Positions 1 to 12,300 of a stretch of DNA of 64,000 nt are shown here, one piece after another (within the stretch, counting starts at the first letter, position 1; every line of letters starts with the position of its first letter). The stretch comes from Scyliorhinus canicula (lineage: Eukaryota), in the NCBI RefSeq assembly GCF_902713615.1, contig NC_052166.1, forward strand, positions 67,852,406-67,916,405. Direction: 5' to 3'. The notes under the pieces are model-generated. The model saw only the letters and a list, made by a program, of their open reading frames with translations, searched no databases and had not been told where the DNA came from. The position numbers were made by a program, and so were the translations under genes.

Positions 1-247
1 GCGTGGGTTTCCTTGGCTCAGGAGATCTGACCGACAGCAGGGGCACACAATTGGCTTCAGTTGTGTCTGGGTATTTGTGGGGTACAGGATGAGAGTAGGG
101 TCAGTGTTCTGCACCATTCCCCATCTCTATCTGGAAATCCCTGCTGGAATGTCAATATTGGGTGGGAAAGGAATGCCTATTGAGTGACACACACAATCCT
201 CTCCGCTGAATGTGACACACTGTTCCACAAAGACAAAAGCAACTCAC

Positions 248-342
248 CTGCCTCTGCACTGAGCATCGACCCTTCCAGGAACCTCTTCCTGGATTTTGAA
301 CCAGTCCCGTGATCCGTATTTTTCCACTGCTTTCAGGAGCAT
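248..342 (-). CDS. SNAPC4: SNAPC4 exon (Myb repeat), 95 nt
   Basis: ttctccag|ATG CTC CTG AAA...GGC AG|gtgagt; MLLKAVEKYGSRDWFKIQEEVPGRVDAQCRG. Confidence 0.93.
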
Positions 343-3300
343 CTGGAGAACAAATCATCACCTTAAAGATCTCCATTGCGACAGATTTTAATCCTCCTGT
401 ACTCCATGGAAGGGTAGCATAAACCTTTCAAATCTTTCTCCAGCACATTATTCACCCAATGTAATAACCTCGAGAATCAAAGGTTCACCTTCCTCACAGC
501 TCAGGCTCTGCTGATAATGGGGGTCCCAAAGCTCAATGGAAACCCACTGCAGTCACAGCTCTGGTAAGGTGCAGGGAGGAGAGGGAGAATAACCACCCCC
601 ACTGAAGAAGGGAGGCTGAGTGGGTACGGCCCACAGTCCTAATCTACCGTGACGCCACAAGCAAGGCAGCACGGGGGCGGCCCACAGTCAGAGATAACTT
701 ATCTCAGGGCGGCGCGTGGCACAGTGGTTAGCACTGCTGCCAACGGCACGGAGGTCAGAGGTTCGATCTCAGCCCTGGGTCACTGTCCGTGTGGAGTTTG
801 CACATTCTCCCCGTGTCTGCGTGGGACTCACCCCCACAACCCAAAGATGTGAAGGTTATGTGGATTGGCCACACTAAATTGCCCTTAATTGGAAAAAAAT
901 AAATAATTGGGTAGTCTAAAATTTATATTTAAAAAAAAGGGAACTTACCTCATCTTCTGCTGGTGTCCATTTTCCTCTCTTCACCATGGGATCGAGTGTC
1001 TTTGACCAGCGGTACAACAGCTGCGTGCTATTCCGTCCCTCCATAAAGTATGCAACTGTTGTGAGGAACAACATTAAGTTACAGTTCAGCATTGTATCCA
1101 GAGGCACCATTCACACATCAGGAACCTGCAACCTGAGCTGGGGAATGTTCCCATCAAAAAACTGAAGTGATTCTGGGTTATTTCCGGCGTCTTCTCCAAA
1201 GAGGCGGATTGGGGCTGGAGTTCAGTCACTGGGTCACAGTTCTGGAACTCCCTCCCTACATTTGCAGTACCTTCATCACACAGAATGCAGAGCTCCAAGA
1301 TGGTAGCTCTTCACCACCATCTTCTTATGGGGCAGTTAGGGATGGGCAAAAATCACCAGCCTCGCCAGGTGCGCCCATATCCCAAGAATTATTAAAAATC
1401 TGCCCACATTGGCCATTCAGGGGCAACCACAGGGGCTAGTTTAGCTCACTAGGGGCTGGTATAGCTCACTAGGGGCTGGTTTAGCTCACTAAGCTAAATC
1501 GCTGGCGTTTAAAGCTGACCAAGGCAGGCCAGCAGCACGGTTCGATTCCCGTACCAGCCTCCCCGAACAGGTGCCAGAATGTGGCGACTAGGGGCTTTTC
1601 ACAGTAACTTCATTGAAGCCTACTCGTGACAATAAGCGATTTTCATTTCATTCGTCAGGTGTAAGGCGAGTATTAGCAGTTTCAAACCATGAGACGTTTT
1701 CTAGTCTGATTCAGTCTACCTGGGGTGTTCTCACCGATCAGGACCAGGACTGAGGCTCTCCGTAGCCCAGGTCATTTGCAGCTACTGCTAACGGAGATAA
1801 ACTGGATCAGCACAGACAAGGAATTGAACCGGGGATCTTGCAGAGGCCGCACCGCCCAGGGGCGCAGGGTATTTGCCCATTGAGCTATCATGGGGAGATG
1901 TTAATGCAAATACCTTGGGAGCAGACACCCCTCGAGCTAAACATAGAAAATAGGAGTAAGTCCATTCAGCCCTCAAGCCTGCCCCACCATTCACTATGGT
2001 TATGGCTGATCTCAGCACCCCAAACCCCTCCCCAAACCCCTAACACCTTTAGAGTCTAGAAGTCGATTTCCTTCCTAAATCGTCATCCGGGGGGCAGGAG
2101 GTATGGGGTTTCCCTTGGCAACAGATCCAAAAAGGAATGGAAAAGTCCAGCTATATCCCGATTGACCAAGTCAACCTGCCGAGTGCTAAGGGGGCTGCGA
2201 ATGGACAGGAGACAACATTCAGAGTGCTGGGTGCAGAGAAGCAGTCAAGCCATCCAGTGCTGGAGTGCCAGATGTGGAAACAGCCTGCGATGCCTTCCAT
2301 GGTTGGATTGCCGACTAATACTGGCTTTCTGAATCTGCCTCCAGGTTCAGGCACCTCGAGGGGGAAAATGTGGGCATTTGTTCCAACAAGAAGCAGGGAG
2401 AGATGCCTTTGGGCTGGAGGTGGGGTTGGGGCGAGGGTAGATGGTGATTTCTGGGCTGTGTGTGCGCGTGTGGGGGGGGGGGGGGGGTCTCACTACAACA
2501 AATTAAATACTTTGATTTCTATAACCAGCCGTTTACACAAAGTAAAAGTCCCAGAGGACCATAGGCTGCTTCCCCTTTGGGGGGGGGGGGGGGGGGGGGG
2601 GGGGGAGAGGTGCCAGGTGGTGATGTAACCCGAGGGCCACCACACCTCAGGCGAGGGGCAAGGTTGAGGAGGCGGGGCCTTCATCGATAACCTCAGCCCC
2701 GTACGGGAATTGAACCTGCGCCTCTGGCCTCGCTCTGCATCACGAACCAGCTGTCCAGCCTGAGCTAACGCAGCCTAGTATACAACAGGAGGGAGACATT
2801 ACACATAATGTTGATTAACATTAACATAGAAACCACTATATCCAGAGCTTAGGGGCTGGTTTAGCACAGTGAGCTAAACCGCTGGCTTTGAAAGCAGACC
2901 AAGCAGGCCAGCAGCACGGTTCAATTCCCGTACCGTCCTCCCCGAACAGGCGCCGGAATGTGGCGACTCGGGGCTTTTGACAGTAACTTCATTTGAAGCC
3001 TACTTGTGACAATAATTTTCATTTCATTCTCTGCTACCAGTCATCACAGCCGCTTGCTGCAGCAGCCTCTGTACACCTCACTTCACTCTTTACAAGCTGA
3101 GCATCGACAGGTCTGGGGCAGAATTTAAAGCCAGACTACAGAGTCCGAGCCCAACCTGCTGCCCTGCAATCCAGGAGCACTCACTCTTGGTGTACGGGAT
3201 GAAGCTTCCAACTCTCATCTTTTGCACCAGCTCGATCAGCATGTGATCCTCTTCCTCAGTCCATTCCTTCTTCGTCAGTTCTTTATTTAACTCCTGGTAC

Positions 3301-6300
3301 TTCTGAAGGCACATGAAAGCAGTCCGGTTTGTCTGTCGTGGGAACAGGGAGGTGGTGGAAAAGAGAGAGAGAGAGAGAGAGAGAGAAAGTGGAATAAAGA
3401 GTATCAGATTCTTAAATCGCTTGTCGAACAGATGCTGGATTGGTTTATTTGGTTGTCATTTCACTCGTTCATACAACCTGCCAAATACCCGCCACATCTC
3501 AGTGACTCTCGTCTCAGTCACCCAGCCCCGGGTTCAAGATCGGCTACAGAACTTAGTGAGAGTGCAGAGCTGCTGATGGGCTTTGGATGAGGTGTTAGAA
3601 AGGCCTATTTGCCTCAGCTAGATCAAAGGATCCCACTACTAGCCACAGAGCTCCCACGTCCCAACATCTGTCTCCACCAGCATTAATGGCAATTTAAATG
3701 GTCGTCAATAGAATCGCTATAGTGTCGGAGGTCATTCGGCCCACTGAGTCTGCACCGGCCTCTGAAAGTGCACCCTGCCTAGGCCCCCCCCCCCCCCCCC
3801 CCCCCCCCCCTCAATAACCCCGTGCACTGATCACGTCCAATCCACCTAACCTGCGCATCTTTGGAATGTGAGAAGAGACCGGAGCACACGGAGGAAACCC
3901 CGGGCAGACACGGGGAGAACGTGTAAACTTCACACACAGTCACCAGAGTCTAACCACTGCCCCCATGCCAACCCATTCCCTCGTTTCCATCTATTTGGGC
4001 CTTACTGCCTATGTCACAGTGACTAAAAGCTATGAGAAGGCTTCTCGAAATGCAAGCCTTTCTTTCATCCCTTCCCTGGGTTAAGTCTACCGCAGCGGAA
4101 AGGGTGATCGTTAAACGGCAGCTGCATATCCAGAAGGTCCTTCGCCCTTTCATTCGGAAACTCGGAATCTATCGCAATTCCACACCACCTGAAATTCAAA
4201 CCCACACATCTAACTCCTGGGATAGATGTGGGTTTTTTTTTTTGTACAAACCCACTGGAGTTGGTGGGAAGTTCCAGCAGGGAAAATGGAATCAGCCATG
4301 ATTTAATCGGGGCCAAGCGTGAAAGGAGTCAGAGGAGGGATAATCAAGGACAAAAACAGAAGACAAAAAAAGAGAACTAAAAAAGTGATAGGCAGAGAAA
4401 CCAAGGACCAGATTCAAACAGGACCACAGTGAAAAATATTGGGAGCAAGACAAATAATGCTAAAAAAACAAACTTAAAGGCTTTGTGCCTTAACGCACGG
4501 AGCAGTTGCAATAAAGCGGATGAACTAATCGCGCAAATAGATGTAAACAGGTATGACGTATCGGGATTCCGGAGACATGGACACAAGGTGACGAGGGATG
4601 GGAACAGAACATTCCACATCGAGGACAGACAGACAAAGAGGAAAAGGCGGTGGAGTTGCAGTGTTAATTAAAGAGGAAATTAACGCAATAGCGAGGAAGG
4701 ATATTAGCTCCGACAATGTGGAATCTGTGTGGGTAGAACTGAGAAACACTATGGGGCAAAAAACGTGAGCGCGAGTTGTATATAGACTCCCCCAAACTGT
4801 GGTGACGTTGGGAATAGTATAAAAACAGGAAATCAGAGACAAATGCACTACGGGAACATCTGTAATTATGGGTGACTTCGTCTGCGTATGGACTGGGCAA
4901 ATGAAGTTGGTCACAAGACCATAGAGGAGGAATTTCTGGAGCGTATACGGGATGGTTTTCGGGACCAATACGTTGAGGAGCTAACTAGAGAACAGGCCGC
5001 CCCAGACTGGGTACTGTGTAATGAGAACGGAAATCATTAGCAATCCAGTCATGCGAGACCGCTAGGGACGAGTGACCATCATATATGATAGAATTTTTCA
5101 TCAAGATGGAGAGTGAAGTAGTTGATTCTGAGACTTGGGTCCTGGGTCTTAATAAAGGAAACTACGATGATAAGAAGCGCGAGTTGGCTATGATTGATTG
5201 GGAAGCATTACTTAAAGAAATGACTACGGAAAGGCAATGACTAACATTCAAGAGCGTATGGGGGAACTGCAACAATTGTTTACTCCTGTCTGGCACTTAA
5301 GTAAAACAGGGGTGGCCCGGTGGTTAGCACTGCTGCCTCACGGCGCCGAGGTCCCAGGTTCGGTCCCGGGGTCACTATCCGTGTGGAGTTTGCACATTCT
5401 CCCCGCGTCTGCGTGGGTCCCACCCCCACATCCCAAAGATGTGCAGGGTAGGTGGATTGGCCACGCTAATTTTCCCCTTAATTGGAAAAAAAAAATTATT
5501 TTAAAAAAGTAAAATGGGAAAGGTGACCAATCAATGGCTTACGAGGGTAATTAGAGATAGTATCTGATCCCCTTTTCAGCGGGAATTCAGCTGTTGGAGT
5601 GGGCGGAGCTAGAGTCGAGCAGTGAGTATTTAAACTAGCTGCTTCGCGGATTCGAGTCTTTTCGGCGGGAATTCAGCTGTTGGAGTGGGCGGAGCTGCTT
5701 CGCGGATTTGAGTCTTTTCGGCGGGAATTCAGCTGTTGGAGTGGGCGGAGCTGCTTCGCTGCTTAAACAGCCGCCACAGGGTCTTTGGGGATAAATTTGA
5801 AGAGTGACCTCACAGCAAAGCAGTGACCTGATTGGCTGGTAAGGAAAGTGCTCCAATTAGCAGTGTGTTGGTACGTATTGTGATTGGTAAGTAAAATCTT
5901 TATTCCTTTCACTTATTCATTATTTGATACTATATTTGTAATCAGTTAAGGTAAAGTGTAAAAATGGCAGGAGATCCCAGACCCGTGTTATGCTCCTCGT
6001 GCTCAATGTGGGAGTTCAGGGACGCGGCCGATGTCCCTGACTCCGTCATGTGCGGGAAGTGTGTCCAGCTGCAGCTCCTGTTAGACCACATGACGGCTCT
6101 GGAGCTGCGGATGGACTCACCTTGAAGCATCCGCGATGCTGAGGAGGTCGTGGATTGCACGTTCAGTGAGTTGGTCACTCCACAGATTAGGATTGGTGAA
6201 GGAGACAGGGAATGGGTGACCAAAAGGCAGAGAAAGAGCAGGAAGGCAGTGCAGGTGTCCCCTGCGGTGATCTCCCTCCAAAACAGGTATACCGTTTTGG

Positions 6301-9300
6301 ATACTGTTGGTGGGAGATGACTCACCAGGGGAAGGCAGCAGTAGCCAGGCTCATGACACCGTGGCTAGCTCTGCTGCACAGAAGGGCAGGAAAAAGACGG
6401 GCAGGGCTATAGTCAAAGGGGATTCAATCGTAAGGGGAGCAGACAGGCATTTCTGTGGTTGAAAACAAGACTCCCGAATGGTATGTTGCCTTCCAGGTGC
6501 ACGGGTCAGGGATGTCTCAGATCGGCTGCAGGACATACTGAAGGGGGAGGGTGAACAGCCAGTTGTCGTGGTGCATATAGGCACCAATGATGTCGGTAGA
6601 AAACGGGATGAGGCCCAGCAATCAGAATTTAGGGAGTTAGGAGATGAGTTAAAAAGTAGGACCTCAAAGGTAGTAATCTCAGGATTGCTACCAGTGCCAC
6701 GAGACAGCCAGAGTAGAAATTCAAGAATAGTCAGAATGAATAAATGGCTTAAGAGATGGTACAGGAGGGAGGGGTTCAGATTTTTGGGACATTGGAACCG
6801 GTTCTGGGGGTGGTGGGACCATTACAAATTGGATGGTCTACAGCTGGGCAGGACTGGAACCAATGTCCTAGGGGGTGCTTTTGCTAACACTGTTGGGGAG
6901 GTTTTAAACTAATGTGGCAGGGGGGTGGGAACCAGGTTAGGAAGTTAGAGGTCAGTAAAGAGGCAGCAGCTAAAGCCAGTAAGGTACGAGATTATAAACT
7001 CAATGTGACTAAGGGGAAGAGTAGACAGGGAAGAAATGATGAATGCAAAGGGGCAGGTGGTCTGAGGTGCATTTGTTTTAATGCGAGAAGTGTAGCAGGT
7101 AAGGCAGATGAACTTAGGGCTTGGATTAGTACCTGGAAAATGATGTTATTGGTATTATTGAGACTTGGTTGAGGGAAGGGCAAGATTGGCAACTAAATAT
7201 CCCAGGGTATAGATGCTTCAGGAGGGATAGAGAGGGAGGTAAAAGGGGTAGAGGAATTGCATTACTGGTCAGAGATGATATCACAGCTGTGATTAAGGAG
7301 GGCACTATGGAGGATTTGAGCACTGAGGCAATATGGGTGGAGCTGAGAAATAGGAAGGGTGCAGTAACATTGTTGGGACTTCACTACAGGCCTCCCAAAA
7401 GCGAGCATGAAGTAGAGGTACAAATATGCAGACAGATTATAGAAAAACGTAGGAGCAATAGGGTGGTCGTGATGGGAGATTTTAACTTCCCCAACACTGA
7501 ATGGGACTCATGTAGGGTTGGAGGCAGAATATGTAAGGAGCATCCAGGAGAGTTTTTTTAGAGCAGTATATAAATAGTCCAACTCAGGAAGGGGCCATAC
7601 TGGACCTGGTATTGGGGAATGATCCCGGCCAGGCGGTTGAAGTTTCAGTCGGTGATTACTTTGGGAATAGCGATCACAATTCCATAAGTTTTAGAATACT
7701 CATGGACAAAGACGAGAGTGGTCCTAAAGGAAGAGTGCTAAATTGGGGAAAGGTCAAGTATAACAAAATTCGGCTGGAGCTCGGGAATGTGGATTGGGAG
7801 CAGCTGTTTAAGGGTAAATCCACATTTGAAATGTGGGAGTCTTTTAAGGTAAGGTTGATTAGAGTGCAGGACAGACATGTCCCTGTGAAAATGAGGGATA
7901 GAAATGGCAAGATTAGGGAACCATGGATGACGGGTGGAATTGTGAGACCAGCTAAGCTGGAAAAGGAAGCAAACATAAGATCTAGGCGACTTAAAACTGA
8001 TGAACCTTTGGAGGAATATCGGGAAAGTAGGACAAATCTCAAACGCCCAATAAAGAGGGCTAAAAGGGGTCGTGAAATATCTTTGGCCAACAGGGTTAAG
8101 GAAAATCCCAAAGCCTTTTATTCGTATATAAGGAGCAAGAGGGTACCTAGAGAAAGGGTTGGCCCACTCAAAGACAAAAGAGGAAAGTTATGTGTGGAGT
8201 CAGAGAAAATGGGTGAGATTCTTAACGAGTACTTTGCATCGGTATTCACCGAGAGGGACAGGACGGATGTTGAGGTGAGGGATGGATGTTGCAGGGGTGA
8301 AGTCCCGGAGGACTGGAGAATTGCTAATGTTGTCCCTTTGTTTAAGAAGAGTAGCAGGGATAATCCAGGAAATTATAGACCTGTGAGCTTGGCGTCAGTG
8401 GTAGGCAAACTGTTGGAGAAGATACTGAGGGATTGGATGTATTCACATTTGGAAGAAATAGACTTATCAGTGATAGGCAGCATGGTTTTGTGCAGGGAAG
8501 TTCATTTCTTACAAACCTCAGAATTCTTTGAGGAAGCGACAAAGTTAATTGATGAAGGAAGGGCTGTAGATGTCATATGCATGGACTTCAGTAAGGCATT
8601 TGATAAAAGTTTGCCATGGCAGGTTGATGGAAAAAGTGAAGTTGTATGGGGATCAGAGTGTACTAGCTAGATGGATAAAGAACTGGCTGGGCAACAGGAG
8701 ACAGAGTAGTGGTGGAAGGGAGTGTCTCAAAATGGAGAAAGGTGACTAGTGGTGTTCCACAGGGATCCGTGCTCGGACCACTGTTGTTTGTGATATACAT
8801 AAATGATCTGGACGAAGGTATAGGTGGTCTGATTAGCAAGTTTGCAGATGATACTATGATTGGTGGAGTTGCAGATAGCGAGGAGGACTGTCAGAGAATA
8901 CAGCAAAATATAGATAGATTGAGAGTTGGGCAGAGAAATGGCAGATGGAGTTCAATCCAGGCAAATGCGAGGTGATGCATTTTGGAAGATCCAATTGAAG
9001 AGCGGACTATACGGTCAATGGAAGAGTCCTGGGGAAAATTGATGTACAGAGAGAGCTGGGAGTTCAGGTCCATTGTACCCTGAAGGTGGCAACGCAGGTC
9101 GATAGAGTGTTCAAGAAGGCATACAGCACGCTTGCCTTCATCGGACAGGGTATTGAGTACAAGAGTCGGCAGGTCATGTTACAGTTGTATAGGACTTTGG
9201 TTCGGCCACATTTGGAATACTGCGTGCAGTTCTGGTCGCCACATTACCAGAAGGATGTGGATGCTTTAGAGAGGGTGCAGAGGAGGTACACCAGGATGTT

Positions 9301-12300
9301 GCCTGGTATGGAGGGTGCTAGCTATGAAGAAAGGTTGAGTAGATTAGGATTGTTTTCGTTGGAAAGACAGAGGTTGAGGGGGGGCCTGATTGAGGTCTAC
9401 AAAATTATGAGAGGTATGGACAGGGTGGATAGCAACAAGCTTTTTCCAAGAGTGGTGGTGTCAGTTACAAGGGATCACGATTTCAAGGTGAGATGGGGAA
9501 AGTTTAAAGGAGACGTGCATGGAAAGTTTTTTTTACGTAGAGGGTGGTGGGTGCCTGGAATGCTTTGCCAGCGGAGGTGGTAGAGATGGGCACGATGACA
9601 TCATTTAAGATGCATCTGGACAGATATATGAACGGACGGGGAACAGAGGGAAGTAGATCCTTGGAAAATAGGTGACAGGTTTAGATAAAGGATCTGGATC
9701 GGCGCAGGCTGGGAGGGCCGAAGGGCCTGTTCCTGTGCTGTAATTTTCTTTGTTCAAAGAAGCATCAAGATTGGCCAAGAAAAATAATAAGTCTGAAGAT
9801 TGGGAGCAGTTTAGAATTCAGCAAAGGAAGACCAAGGGATTGATTAAACTTGCAGGGAATATATAAACAGACTGGAAAAGCTTCTATAGGTACATAGAGA
9901 GAAAAACATTGAAGGCACATGTAGATCCTTGCAGTTGGAAATACGGAAATGGCTGAGCAACTAAACACATCTGTCTTCACAAATGGGGACACAAATAATA
10001 TTCCAAAAATGTTGGAGAATGCAGGGTTTAGTGAGAGGGGGGAACTGAAGGAGATCAATATTGGTAGAGAAATAGTGTTGGGGAAATTGATGGTATTGCA
10101 GGCTGATGATTCCCAGGGCCTGATATCTCCACCCAAGGGTACTGAAGGAAGTGGCCCTAGAAATAGCGGATGCATTGATGGTCATCTTCCAGGATTCCAT
10201 GGACTCTCGAACAGTTCCTGCAGATTGAGGAGTAGCTAATGTCACTCCACTATTTAAAAGAGGAGATGGATAGAAAACAGGGAATTATGGACCCAAAGAC
10301 TGACATCGGTAGTGGAGAGAATTCTAGAATTCACTTTCAAAGATTTTATAGCGATGCACTTGGAAACCGCGGAGCACGTGGATCGGACAGATTCAGCATG
10401 GATTTATGAACGGGAAATCCTGCTTGACAAATCTACTGGAATCCTTTGAGGATGTAACTAGCAGATTTGATGAGGGGGAGCCAGTGGATGTGGTAGATTT
10501 GGACTTTCAGAAGGCTATCGACAAAGTCCTACATAAGGGATTAGTGAATAAAATTAAAGTGCGTGGGATTGGGGGAAGTGTATGAGATGGACAGAAAACT
10601 GGTTGTCAGACAGGAAACAAAGAGTAGGAATTAAGGGCAGCGCGGTAGCATTGTGGATAGCACAATTGTTTCACAGCTCCAGGGTCCCAGGTTTGATTCC
10701 CGGCTTGGGTCACTGTCTGTGCCAGGTCTGCACGTTCTCCCCGTGTCTGCGTGGGTTTCCTCCTGGTGCTCCGGTTTCCTCCCACAGTCCAAAGATGTGC
10801 AGGTTAGGTGGATTGGCCATGCTCAATTGCCCTTAGTGTCCAAAATTGCCCTTAGTGTTGGGTGGGGTTACTGGGTTATGGGGATGGGATGGAGGCGTGG
10901 GCTTGGGTAGGGTGCTCTTTCCAAGAGCCGGTGCAGACTCGATGGGCCGAATGGCCTCCTTCTGCACTGTAAATTCTATGATTCAATTAACAGATCTTTT
11001 TCCAAACGGCAGGCAGTGACCAGTGGGGTACCGCAGGGATCGTTGCTGGTACCCCAGCTATTCACAATATCTAATAAATGATTTAGATGTGGAAACAAAA
11101 TGCAATATCTCCAAATTTGCAGATGATACAAAGTTGGGGGGGGGGGGTGAGCTGTGAGGAGGATGCAGAGATGTTTCAGCGGGATTTGGACAGGCTGAGT
11201 GAGAGGGCACATGCATGGCAGATGCTGTATAATTTGGAGAAATGCGAAGCCATCCACTTTGGTAGCAAAACTGGGAAGGCAGACTGTTATATGAATGGCC
11301 ATAAATTAGGATGGAAATGTGCAACGAGACATGGGTGTACTCGTAGAGCAGTGAATGAAGATGAGTATGCAGGAGCAGCAGGCGGTAAAGGCATCGAATG
11401 GTATGTTGGCTTCAACAGCAAGCGGATAAGAGTACAGGAGCAGGGCTGTCTTGCTGTAATTATGCACGGCCTTGGTGAGGTCATACCTGGAACATCGTGT
11501 GCAGTTTTGGTCTACTTATCTGAGGAACAATGTTCTTGCTCGAGCGGGAGTGTAGCGTAGGTTTACCGGACTGATTCCTGGGATGGCGGGAAAGATGTAC
11601 GAGGAGAGATTGAGTCGGTTAGAATTATACTCGCTGGAGTTCAGAAGAATGAGGGGGGATCTCATAGAAACCTATAAAATTCTAACAGGACTAGACAGGG
11701 TCGATGCGAAGGATGTTGATGATGGTGGGTGTGTCCAGAACAAGGGGTCAGTGTAAGAATGCAGGGTAGACAGATGAGGAGAAATTTCTTCACCCAGAGA
11801 GGGGTGAGCCTGTGGAATTCGTTACCACAGGAAGTAGTTGAGGCCAAAACATTGTATGGGCTTCAAGAAGCAGTTAGATATAGACCTTGGGGCGAAAGGG
11901 GATCAAAGGATATTGGGGGAAAGCGGGATTATGCTATTGTGCTGGATGATCAGCCATGATCAGAATGAATGGCAGAAGGGCCAAGTGGCCTCCTCCTGCT
12001 CCTATTTTCTATGTTTCTAACCATTGTCCCTAAAACCCAGCAGGGTTTACGATGTCAAGTGCTGCTCGTCGTTTCCTAGGGAAGAGGGTGAAGCTGAGAT
12101 GTGGAGCCGCCCGCTGTTGAATTGCCCCACCTATGCACCCGACGAAGCCACTGTTCACCCGGGAAGGAAGCAGAAAAACCTCTGTACCTGCAGCTCGCTC
12201 GCGATCCACTCCCAGTCCACACAGCCTTTGTGCCGTGCGACCTGAATGAGCTTATCCACCTCGTCTCTGCTCCACTCTGCTCGGTTGATGCTCGGGTGCT

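Larger units (their letters stand above)
4320..12020 (+). mobile_element. Degenerate CR1-clade LINE (element A), ORF2 endonuclease to RT plus 3' tail, interrupted by another LINE and two SINEs
   Basis: LKALCLNARS (APE start) at about 4475; RT remnants at 9760-11900 (VDVVDLDFQKA, SGVPQG, KFADD-like); tail ...gtggcctcctcctgctcctattttctatgtttcta. The sequence ending gatagtatctgatcc (5570) continues at aaagaagcat (9756). Confidence 0.88.

Noticed and set aside
1471-1560. tRNA-like sequences with A/B boxes (here and at other SINE heads)
   Set aside because: They continue into shared SINE bodies and tails and do not form a canonical cloverleaf followed by an oligo-T terminator.
7169-9583. RT/endonuclease ORFs as an active retroelement or host gene
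   Set aside because: Multiple frameshifts, stops and an internal deletion near 8290 make this a dead LINE copy.
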